DNA of 63,889 nucleotides, filler included, from Sphacelaria rigidula (Eukaryota), in the NCBI GenBank assembly GCA_964200075.2. It is 9 parts of 9 records of this genome, joined end to end, with 100 filler letters (N's around TTAATTAATTAA, not from the genome) between each part and the next. Parts side by side here need not be neighbours in the genome. Positions count along the whole stretch, not along the records: positions 7,112 to 14,122 come from CAXNAA020016967.1; positions 14,223 to 21,232 come from CAXNAA020016968.1; positions 21,333 to 28,342 come from CAXNAA020016969.1; 6 more parts are not named here. One strand, written 5' to 3'. The position numbers and the translations under genes were made by a program. Position 1 is the first letter of the stretch; each line of letters starts with the position of its first letter. The notes under the pieces are model-generated. The model did no database searches and was not told the DNA's origin. It saw only the letters and a program-made list of their open reading frames with translations. Below, piece after piece: positions 11,602-22,560 of the stretch.

Positions 11602-12103
11602 GGGTTGGCGTCGGTTAACGACGACGCTGTGAAACACGCCACTCACTGCGTAAGCTAGGCACTCGGCTTACCGTTTTTATTTCTGGCTTTCGTTTTTTGG
11701 CGGTGACCATGATGGTGGTCGACTTGGATCGTATTGTGCGGGGCGAAGAACCTCAACTCCGCGCAATGGGGATGATCATACTACGTAGTGTTGAGACGAT
11801 AAGATACCCAGGAGGCGGTGTGTAGCCCGTGACTGTCTCTGGAGGTGGCGAAACCAGAAAATGAAGAAAGTCATTCGAGGCTGTTAAGCACGTGCAGGAT
11901 AATCAGTACTCTTCGCACCAAACAATCTCAGCAGGGTAAAGCTCACCCCTCAAGCAACTCGCCGAACACATCTCGGCATTTATCGCTTGGTGATTGATTG
12001 CGAGCCTGGTCCGGCGAAATTCGGCATGCCTCGTCCCGGCATTGTAGGGATGCAAAGTCAATGGTCTTGCGACTATGGCATGCAAGATCATGAATAGTCC
12101 CCC
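11602..12103 (+). mobile_element. SINE family C, full-length copy with TSD
   Basis: Same 5' start as the copies ending at 31898 and 35110, plus a LINE-like tail. Flanked by CC(C/T)CCAGGATTTT(T)CT at ~11580-11594 and 12099-12114. Confidence 0.85.
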
Positions 12104-12156
12104 AGGATTTTTCTTGGAATGTTTTCGTGGAACGAATTTTTCGTTACCTCAGGTCA

Positions 12157-12579
12157 TCATCCATTCCCGTTACCGGAGTATCGTCTCACAGTATTTCGCC
12201 GTTTTTTTATTTTTATAGCAAAATAGACGCCTCCGCGAGAAACGGTAGATGATGGCAAATATCTTAATTTCGCCCCGAGCTTCCGCGCACGTTGTGCATG
12301 CAGCTGCGGACCTGAAAGCATCGCCCAAGTGGAATGAGTGGGCTCGGAGATGATCGAGCTGTGTTTATATACTGACAAGCAGTTCCTCTCGCAAGTTGCA
12401 TCGATAATGGTGCTGTCTGCTTGGAGCATTTGCAAAATCCGTGCAGCCTGGGTGAACACCATCACCCCCCCTCCGTCGAACCTCACTTCCGGTGTCACCG
12501 CAGAGCACGGCGCTCGCATGACGCCACCGGCAGCGACTAGGAGGGTGTTTTCGCCATCTAGAGAGGTCAATCTTTCCAC
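12157..12579 (-). pseudogene. Decayed Tc1/IS630-like transposase fragment
   Basis: VTPEVRFDGGGVMVF resembles Tc1 PTVKFGGGSVMVWG, and GAKLRYLPS resembles the GxxLxYLPPYSP motif. Confidence 0.45.
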
Positions 12580-12852
12580 AGCAAAAGGTTTTGTTGAAAT
12601 CCATTAATGCCGTGCATGAAACGACGCGACTGAAGTTTGAAAAAGTTTCAACCTTCTTTCCGCACCAGTACATGGACCATCTGGACTCCTGTGTACTGCA
12701 TCAGCAGCACATAGCAGCAAGATAGAGCGCAGCACAGCGCAGCACAGCACGGTACAGTACAATACAGTCCAGTAAAGTTCAGTGCAGTACAGAGCATTGC
12801 GCTGCCGGCGCAGTATAAAGTAATAGCTTTGTGCCGAAGAGCGTTCACAGCA

Positions 12853-13296
12853 AGAAACAGGCAGCTCTATAAAATGAGGTTGTACGATGAAATGAAGTTC
12901 AGGTCCAAAACAGCGCTTTACTCATACTTTCAGCAATGGTGCCCAATGAATTTTTTGTCGACCTAATGCCCCTCGATCGCGTAGATACTTCTTCTGCGCA
13001 TTTCACCTACTCTATGGGCTTGCAGTGCTGACCGAAGCCGTCATCTACCCTGATTGTTTTAGGGGGGGAAGGAGGTGGGGGGGGGGGGGGGGTGATATCA
13101 GGGGAAAGGATGGTGTCGGTCAGCGCTGTAAGCCCACAGAGTCGGTGAAATGCGCAGAGGGAGTATCTACGCGATCGAGGGGCATTATGCCGACAAAAAT
13201 ATCATGGGTCACCATCGCTGAAAGTGTGGGGAGAGCAATGTTTTGGGCTTGAACTTCATTTCATCGTACAGCTTCATTTTATCAAATAGCCTGTTT
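12853..13296. mobile_element. Hairpin MITE with ~200-bp arms
   Basis: 12853-13055 is the imperfect reverse complement of 13095-13296; the spacer is G-rich. Confidence 0.8.
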
Positions 13297-14222
13297 AAAA
13301 CCCCCCCGATATAAATAGTACAAGTGTGTATATAGCAATGTGATTGAGGCGTACCTACACCACTTCCTGGAAACAGCGGGACCGTAATAAATCGGCGGCT
13401 CGCGTTGTACAGGAGCGAATGCACAACTCGCACTTAGTGTCTGTCCCGAGCAGGAGAAGGAGTTCAAGTTAGTAACCTGACATCCGGAACCAAGTAGCTA
13501 ACGTCTAGCGTGATTCGAGATTTCCGGCGTTGACATGGACATAGATTTCGACTTCTCAATTGTAATTGTACTTGAGTATCACAATAGGACGTCGCGAGCG
13601 CTACATACGACAGAGAACATGTACCTCCGTCGTCACGGGAGGCGAGAACATGAGAACAGCAGGGTAGATGGCATACTCGATCAGAAGTGTTGGTGTTCAA
13701 CTCCCCACCCGACCACCCCCCTGTACATAAATTGCGGCAGATGTGGAGGATCCCCAGGCCTAATCATGGGATGCAACGTCCGGGCGCCTGCGGAGACGCC
13801 GTCCGGGGCAGTCCGAGCGTCACATACGACACCAGGACCGATCCCGAGGTAAGAGCATTTTCAATTCACTTTTGTAGTAACCCTGTGAGCTATCGAAGGT
13901 GATGATCGCACGCTCCTCATCACTCTCTTTCAGGTGATGACTGAGGCTTTCGAACCAAACGCAGGGCGTGAGCATGCGTGGGTAATATATATATATACAT
14001 ATATATATCTATACTTGTATATACATGTGTGCGCGAGAACCCCCGACCCTGACTGTTGAAACGTTAAATATTGCACAGAACTAAGTTCTTGCACACATAC
14101 GCATTGTTGCATGTCATGTGGGNNNNNNNNNNNNNNNNNNNNNNNNNNNNNNNNNNNNNNNNNNNNTTAATTAATTAANNNNNNNNNNNNNNNNNNNNNN
14201 NNNNNNNNNNNNNNNNNNNNNN

Positions 14223-14336
14223 TTGAGTGCGAGCCTGGTCCGGCGAAAACCCTGCGTGCTCCGTCCCGGCTTTGTAGTGATGCGAGGTCAATGGCCTTAT
14301 GGCTGTGGCATTCATGATCATGAGTACACCCCCCCC
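14223..14336 (+). mobile_element. SINE family C, 3' part (contig start)
   Basis: Shared body and tail ending ATGAGTACA+C8. Confidence 0.85.
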
Positions 14337-14361
14337 GCGCGCGCTATTATCGTAGGATGAC

Positions 14362-14636
14362 TCCTCACACAAAGCCCAACAGTGGAGAGTGACTGTGTCT
14401 TGGGTACACAAAATTCAACCTAATGGTCGACGAGGGAAGGGGGCTGCTAAACCCCCCTGGCGATAAAAAAAAGGGGCAAGCACCACAGAAGGAATGTGTA
14501 GAAAAATAAATAAATAAAAACTCCTCTGTTGGCCTTCCTTCTGCTGTGTGACCCCGGCTGGTGCGCCCACATACACCGAAGAAAGGCGTATAGCGGCGTC
14601 CGGAATACATGGGACGACAACACGACACACACACAG
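14362..14636 (+). mobile_element. SINE family B, 5'-truncated
   Basis: Aligns with 58600-58862; CA-rich tail. Confidence 0.8.
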
Positions 14637-15861
14637 TTGATTTGTTTCATGACGACCCGTACCTACGAACTTCGTCCCATTTAAGATATATACTATACTC
14701 GATCACACCACCGTCAAGACGTGAACGATCGACCAGCGCCACAGCTCTGCACTTCACAGTGATGTGCTCTCATGTGGCTAATTCATGAAACTTGAAAAAT
14801 CCAAGTTATTATCCTGCGCTAGAGATGAAGAGGGAAGAACGATTTTAGGCTGGTGCAGCTCCTACGCAACACGTATCTTACTGAGCACTGAGCAGCTTGT
14901 CTCTGCAAAAACCACATCCCGAAGACAAACGTAATGCTATGCTCTCCACAGTTTCCGGCCCCTGACGTATGCACATGGTTAAGCAACGCAACTGTAATAC
15001 TTTTCACACATCCCCCGTGGTGGATCCAGGATCGACCAGGGGGCGTTCGAGATTTCTCTTCGCCTGCGTACAGATATGTCGTCTTCGAACGGGGTAACGT
15101 TTTAACTCTGTCATACTACATCACAATATCGATCTTTCGTGCTGCTCCACATACCACTCCCCCAGGGCCCACGAAAAAAAGTGCAAGGCCTCACTGGCAG
15201 AGCTTATAGGTAAGCCTCAACTATATGCCATTCAATCATTAAAGTGTATGTGTTTCCTATTGCGAGTACCATTTATCAGGTGGTCGTTGCCGCCACATGC
15301 ACCGCGCTGTTTAACCTGAGTTCATATTTTTCGGTTATTTGGCGCGTGTCAATCTCACGGAACACCAAACCCCGTGGTGTAGACCTGTGCAGTGCATGAG
15401 GCGGGCACCGCGTGTGCCAGGTTGTTCACTTTAGTTGCATTCACGATTCACACGGCTATGGGTTATACCGTACGTTGATATAGAGAGGTCGCCTTAATCC
15501 TGCGTGCTTTTTGTTGAGAGACGGACTCGTGTGATTTTCGATTTCGTTTGATCCGCGGGGCGGGTTTGTGCTTTCTTTGTTGAATATCGCCTCCCTACAA
15601 GTCAGACTGCTTTGCTTCGCGAAGGCGGTACAAGTTCGGTTCGGAAGCAGAAGCTACAATCACCACGGTAAAGAGATTGCATAGAGCTGGCAAGGGATAT
15701 TTGGATTGGGGATGATCTTGACGCAAGGGTGTGTTGGTTGGGGTGCACATCTCGTGTGGGAGAAATTGATACTCTTCTCTCTTCTCCCCGACTCCTGCAC
15801 CATACGACCGTATAGTCCCATACAGACAGTCAGTTCACAGTACCGTACAGCTCGTGGCGGC

Positions 15862-15906
15862 AGGGGTGTACTCATGATCATGCATGTCATAGTCATAAGA
15901 CCATTG
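15862..15906 (-). mobile_element. SINE family C, tail only
   Basis: 45-bp tail with degenerate TSD (GGCGGCAGGGG / GCAGCCAGGGG on +). Confidence 0.7.
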
Positions 15907-17166
15907 TAGCAGCCAGGGGAGATTAACCGAGTGCGGGTATTCGGACCATGAGTGCTGTCGCCGGCATGTATTAATTCGTTGTATAGATGCTTCTGTTCCG
16001 GGTTCAACGCGACATGTCATGAAATAAAGCTAAATGACAGCATGGCAGTCAAACTCTGCATTCAACACTTGTTGTTCCTTCCGTTCGCTGGTATGGCCTC
16101 TTTCGCCCATGTTTTTACCAAAACTATGATCGAAGGTGCTATCTTGGTTGTTTTTGTTTTGATAGCACAGGGCCCACAGATGGGGTCAAGACATTTTACT
16201 GGCACGATTTTTCGACCAGTCAGAGCCTCCCGATGTACCAAAATGCGGCGTCATTTCTTCAAACAGATGAGAGAATCGAGTGGGACTGGAGTGGTCAAAT
16301 AGCCGTGATTGGCCCACACATTGCGCCGCTGCCAGTCAGACAGCTGCAGTCATCAATCGCTTGGGATACAGAAGCTCCGTGCTGGCTCAGTTTGCTTGCC
16401 CCAACCTGCAAGCGTCCGCCTTGCGTGTCTTCTCCGATCACAGCACCCGACTACAACTGAAGTACCAAAGAAGACGCAACACACAGCTGCACAGTCGTCA
16501 CGTAATCGTTTGAACTTTGTGTTCAGCACTTTGATCCCACCCCAATTCTGTGCAGACGGTAACACGGCATGCAGCAGTATAGCTGTTCAGGCGTTCTCCA
16601 GCGCACATCACATCATGTTCGTCGTAAAGTGTATGGATGCACAACAGCACAGCGACAACTACAGCATAGAAATGATGGGTGTAGAAAGCGCCTCGTTCGT
16701 TTGACGGAAGACGAAACAGCCAACACACGACAGTGTGCAGACAGCACTGCGTGCCGACAAACACAATATGCTCATTTTCTGTAAAGACAAAGGCAGCAAA
16801 GCAAAGCAACTGACGTAATCCAAGCGGAGACGAAGGTTCCCTGCTTGTGTATATCATCTGTGCGTTAACTGTTCGCGCTCGTCGAACTTCTATTTTAGTG
16901 GTCTCTCTCCCAAGTCCTGTTGTGGGCATTGCACCCCGAGCTTCGCAGTTCTTCCTGTGGGTGCGGGTTCATGTACTCCCCATTAACTCCAATGAAAAAG
17001 CTCACCACGCGGTGAACAACTTCCCGCGTGTTTTTTCCTTCATTGCAATCACCATCACCTATAATGCCGCACTTTCCTACCGTCACCCGCCCTTGGATAT
17101 GATATAATTCAATGAAAACCAAGAAGACAGGCAAACTTGAGCTTGTGCTGTCTGTGCATGGACCAG

Positions 17167-19851
17167 ATAGGCGTGGGCGAGTGCAAGACTCACCTCACGG
17201 TCTGGTGGGACCTCCGCATGGATAAACTCCGGAAGATCGTGCGCGATCGCGGCGGCATTCTTCCCGCTGCTGAGGCCGACCAGAGCCTCGTCAACGCCGT
17301 CATGCAAGGCCAAATCAGAGGACTGGCCTACGACCACCGCACGGCCGCCGTCTACTCCGTTCAACCGGGTGCCATGCCCCCGCCGAATCACCCGGGCCCT
17401 CCGCCCAGTGTTCAGGCCGTCACCCCTATGCAGCTACAGCCCCCGCCGGCTCAGCAATTTTTCCAAGCCCATGGAGGTGGTGGAAGCGCCGCCTGGGACG
17501 GCAGTGGTGGCGGCTGCGGTAGGGGGGTTGCCGGGGGCAGGATAGGGGGTGCGGGAAGCGGGCGTGTGAATACTTGGGGGAATTTCGACGTGGGGGGGGC
17601 GAGAGGCAGGGGAGGCATGCCCGACGGAATTTCACAGGTATATCCAGCGGAAACACCGCCCATGAACGACCCGCGACTCTACGGCCCGGTGCACCAACAG
17701 CATACTGGGGCTGGTGGCTCCGTACAACCACCACGACTTGCTGTCCAGAACGGACCTCGACTGTATGGCCCTGGCCAACAGCCATTTCCGTCTCCACCTC
17801 TCGGCGGTATTGGTGGCGGTGGTTCAGCAGCCGTTTGGGGGGGCACGGGTGGAATTATCGCGGTCGATACCCACGGTGCCAAAACAAACGAGCTTGGCGG
17901 TGGCGGTAGCGGTAGCACCCAGCCGCACGCCCCCGAGAGCTTCGGCGGCCCTGTTCGTGCGAAGCAGGAGCAAAGTGCAAGCATGCGCCCGGGTCAAGTC
18001 GTCCAGGATCCTACGCGCAGCCCTATCAGTGATCGCGAGCTCCATGCAGGAGCTGTCGCTTTCAAGTCGTCCCCGTTTCGTGGAGGTGGCGGTGCCGGCG
18101 TGAACAGCGTGCCTCCGCCGGGCCCCGCATTGAGCCCTGTTGTGGCGGGATCGCTGGCGGATCCAGGAGTTGCAAGGCCAAGGATGGGCGACAGCTCGAC
18201 AGATTTGATGACTCCGGCGATGATAACCGCGAACAAGCAAAAGCAGCCACGCGCGACGACGCGCAACAACGCGCAGGGTGCTGCAGCGTCCAAGGCAAAG
18301 GAGCAAGCCACCGGGTCCACCACTCGCGCAGGCCAGGAGCCGAACCGGTCACCGCCACATCAGGACCACCGGGACCACCAGCACCAGCACCGGCAACAAA
18401 ACCAACAGCAGCAGCACGAGCTGCACAAACAGCAGCAGCAGCAGTGGCAACACCGACAGCAGCCGTTATCACCAAACGACATTCCTCGGAGTGGAGACGC
18501 TGTTGATCAAAACGGTCTTCGTGGATTGCCGAAGGTCGAGAAACAATCACAATCCGGTGCAATTTCGGGCAAGCTACAGGCGAGCGATTGCCCCGCCTCA
18601 GTCGACGTCCGTCCCGCCGATGCCGGAGGCGGGTCATCCGCTCAGACTTCTGAAGCGGCGGGTGACTACGAGGCCGGCTACGAAAATGGGCCCGGAAAAA
18701 TGTTTGCTGTTGAATCCGCCTCGGTAGCGTGCGTTGGTGACGTGAGCCCTCGGAAGGAGTTTTTCCTGAAAGCGAAGGCTACACTCCACGTGACGTCGAA
18801 ACTTTTTCAGGCTGTGTCCTCTGCGGTCATGGGAGAAGAGGACTCAAACACCGCCTCCGCAGACCCCAACCCACCCCCTGATGCCGCTGTTGCGTCGAGC
18901 GTGGCCATCTCCAGCACCGATGGTGACGGAGGTGGCAGTAGCGGTGGGAAGTTAATATCTTGTACCAGCCCCGGGTTCTCGGTGGCTTTATCGCCGCCGC
19001 TGACAGAGACTGTGCCTACCGTGGCATCCAAATCACCGCAGCTGGATGCCGAGGATGCTCTGAACATCACGTTCGGCTCGCTGCCAGCTCAAACTGCTGA
19101 CACAGCTGCAGTGACGAAAAAGCCCGTCATCCCGTCGGCGGCGGTTGCGCCGGAGGCGGACGCGGTAGTGGTAGCGCCGGCAGAGTCTCACGTCGACCTT
19201 GCGACAGCGAAACCAACTGAGATCGTCGCCGCGGGCATGGGGGCCCAAACAAAATCTCCCCGTATTACTGCCGACCCCGCCGACGACAAAGAGACCGTAG
19301 CTGCCGCAACTAGCGAGCCTCCCGCCGTCAACGCCCCCCCTTCCATCTCGAAAGAAAACGACGAGATTCATGGTCCCATCTTTTCCGCAGCCACCGCCGC
19401 GACCACCGCCATGGCCGGCGCCACTGCAGTTGACGTCGGCGCGCAAAATACCCGCCTTCCAGCGGCAACCACCACCGGCGCCGCCGCTTCCCTGGCTTCC
19501 TCTACCACCTCGTCTCCTGTCACCACCAGCACGAGCCCGACCGACACCAACTCAGCGCATTCTACTGGTGCGCCGGATACCGAAACAAATTTCTTGCTGG
19601 TTCACGACCACGAGAGTCTCACGAATGCAATTTCGGCGCTTGGCGGCAGCCTGAGTGCTGGCGGTCAGTCGGCGGGCGGCGGCGGTGACGGTAACAACGG
19701 ATCGAGCGATGGCGGCGGGGATAAGGTTGGCGAGGGGCGCGGAAAGACGCGCGGGTTGAAGGAGGTGGTGTTGACCGCAACCGGTCCTGTGGCTATCCGG
19801 CTGGACGGAAGACGAATCGGGGACCAGCTGGGTATCGTATCTACGGTGCAG
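17167..19851 (+). CDS. Large internal exon: small N-terminal domain, ~750 aa G/P/Q/A/S/T-rich region, then the start of a DnaQ-like 3'-5' exonuclease domain (EXD1/Egalitarian-like)
   Basis: Inside the 999-aa ORF. Acceptor CCAG|ATA, donor CAG|GTGAGT, phase 0. Ends FLLVHDHESL...VAIRLDGRRIGDQLGIVSTVQ. Confidence 0.8.
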
Positions 19852-20489
19852 GTGAGTCCAGTTTTATTTATGAATTGCGAAGAATTTTCGTCCGTTCATT
19901 TTCGGGTTTGGATCTGTCAGTCGGCTAGATGTGCTTTCGGTGTCTTGGAGCGATCCTGTTCCATGCGCCTAGCCTTGGTTTACTTGGCTACTCGATTTCC
20001 GGGGGCCTGCACAAAAATGAGTTCGAACGCGGCTCCTTTGGCTCGACTCGCCGATAAAGAGTGCACCCGAAGTTACATCAACAGTGCTAGAGAGCAGCTC
20101 CTTACTGGGCACGTGGCAGCCATCGCGTCACCTTAAGCACCTCTTCCCAAGGACTCCGCAGCCGCAAACCGCGCTCGTAAGCGTGCACGTGTGTGTTTTA
20201 TCACTGAGCACCAAGATAGCCGGTCCTTCAATTCCACGGAGAAATGACGCATGATTTTTTGCTTCTATAGGTGTTCGATTCGTGTGACGAGTGCACTCAC
20301 TCTCTCATGTGATACATTTTGCGATTTGATTGATGTCTCTGATTTCTGTACATTCCGAGTGTTTTGCTGCGAGACAGCTCTTCTGGTGTGACAGGTTGTC
20401 ATGTCTGATATGGCTGTTATTTTGTTGATCCCGCCACTCTGCCGGCTGTCGTGGCGTGTTTGTCGTACTTTGAACTCAAACGGGAGAAG

Positions 20490-20612
20490 CTTGCTGCAAC
20501 ATGGTCTCAAGCTTTGGTCTTCGACGTTCTAACCCTTCGGGACAGTGAAGACGGAAAACGCATCCTCATGGAGCAGCTCTGCCCCATCCTCCTCGACCCC
20601 AAGATTCGGAAG
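20490..20612 (+). CDS. Next exon of the exonuclease-domain gene
   Basis: LAATWSQALVFDVLTL...LMEQLCPILLDPKIRK|GTAC fits the QlA..ylfD..LkpiLedpxixK pattern. In phase with the previous exon; the acceptor is weak. Confidence 0.75.
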
Positions 20613-21332
20613 GTACTCGTACTTTACGGCCATTTCGCCTGAAGATACCGCGTAGTACCCGAACATGGCAACGGTGGGGTATCTTACTATGGGTACCCCG
20701 AGTCTGCAGTGTACTTGCAATACCGATTACCGCAGGGTACCTGGGGTATCGAGTTCCAAACATACTGAGTACCGGGGGTTACACCGAATACGGACACCTC
20801 GAAATTCCCGTACTACACCCTAACCACATTCGTGTACTTGCTACTCCAGTGAAGTCCTCGGGTTTGACAAAACGCGAATGTTTCTTACTGTTTTTTTATT
20901 TTACCCCCCGCCCGAATTTTTACCGATGAGGCCTGTGTATACCCGTCGTTGGTGTCAAGATCTTCGGCAACCTCGTGTGGTGGTTCCCACTAGGTGTTCA
21001 CCCCGTTAGAAACCGTGACCAAATATTTGAGTGCATGATAATTGGGTCAGTTTTTTTCCGGACAAAACTTCGTTTTCCTAGCAAAATAACACACTAGTTG
21101 GCGCTGCTGCGTCTCGTGGAGAGAATCGCAAAGCTGTACCTGGGGCTTCTTTCTTATACGTGATTCCCCCCCCCCCCTCTCTCCCACATACAAGGAGGAA
21201 CGGGACGTGCTAGAGGGGGAAATGCGAGACGTNNNNNNNNNNNNNNNNNNNNNNNNNNNNNNNNNNNNNNNNNNNNTTAATTAATTAANNNNNNNNNNNN
21301 NNNNNNNNNNNNNNNNNNNNNNNNNNNNNNNN

Positions 21333-21467
21333 TTTGGTCTTCGTCATAACCCTGCGGTTACATACGCGGATTTTCAGCAACACGCCACTGTTTTGTGCAG
21401 ACGCCAGACACGTCATTCCCCACCAGCCTACTTGGTCGTTCTGGAGGCCCAGCCCCAAAAGGGTTAA
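21333..21467. mobile_element. End of a second TTAA/piggyBac-like family
   Basis: Ends CCCAAAAGGG|TTAA; reverse-complement match to 63713-63815. Confidence 0.65.
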
Positions 21468-22239
21468 GCTGAAAATCTATGTTCACGTTCTGGCTGCGCT
21501 CTATCGAGAAACTCAGACACCTTTTTTAGTAACCGACAAAAAACACGTTTTAACGGTTCTCTTCCACTCTAAAGGTCTTCACCTCGATCAAAGCACGTCC
21601 TAATTTACGACAGGATTCAATGGAAGAGGAAGGCACGCAGATGTCGTGGTTGGAGTCTCAATACGGACCACCGAAGGCGATTTGCAGTGCTACGAGGTGG
21701 GCCCATGGAGTCGTTCAACGATAGAGGAGTTGCAAACACCTCTTCTTTCAAAACGGAGAATGACGCGTTTCCTCTGCTATACTAGCTTGTTCGACTGAGC
21801 ACGCAGGGGGGGGGGGGAGGCTGAACCCCCTCCTGCTCCCTTCCATCGTTAAACGTGTTCATTTGGACACGAAACGCTCGACCACAAGTTGTTGGCAGGA
21901 AGGACTACAGACGGGTGATGGTTCAAGACGTGAAATAATACAGTCGATAGGATGATAGTCGGGTGTTAACTTCCAGTGCTACTGCACGCACTAGGTATGA
22001 CCGTTTTGCAGCATACCTTCTTGTTTATTCGATATATACACGGACATATACATATATATATATATGTTTATATGTATGGTCCCCACCAGCTGCTGTTGTA
22101 GATCTTGTCGTCACGGAAGGAAAAAAGCGGACGCCTTCAGGGCCAGGGAACGGCCAGAGGTGTACACATGGAAAACAAATCAAGGGGTGGAATCGTGCTA
22201 CTACTCCCCCCGACCATCCCCACCGTAAAATGGTGAGTC

Positions 22240-22560
22240 ACCCATGAGGCAAGGTGTAACCCATGGCTGCCAATGAAAGTGGCGATACTATAATATGAAG
22301 CAACTCGTCCGAGCCTGTCATCCAAATGCAAGATAATGAGTACGCATCGGGCCGTACAATCTCAGCAGGATGCAGCTTACCCTACCGACTCGCTAAATAC
22401 ATCACGGCGCTTCGCGCTTGGCGATTGATTCCGAGCCTGGTCCGGCGAAAAGCCGGCATGCTCCGTCCTAGCTTTGTAGAGATACAAGGTCGATGGTCAT
22501 GTGACTACGTCAAGCAAGATCATGAGAATCGCCCCCGCCCGCCCCCCCACCCTTCCCCCC
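22240..22560 (+). mobile_element. SINE family C, 5'-truncated
   Basis: Shared body and tail followed by a C-rich tract. Confidence 0.8.

Noticed and set aside
11602-11660. HDV-like or hammerhead ribozyme at the SINE C 5' end
   Set aside because: Could not place the nested double pseudoknot or a CUGANGA core.
13660-13848. Candidate exon (GAG|GTAAGA donor) joined to the exonuclease gene
   Set aside because: Lies on a different, unlinked contig and has no recognisable homology.
14952-15209. Candidate upstream exons of the exonuclease gene
   Set aside because: Splice phases do not give a consistent open frame.
19852-20136. C-terminal ~94 aa of the 999-aa ORF
   Set aside because: Read-through into the intron after a strong GTGAGT donor.
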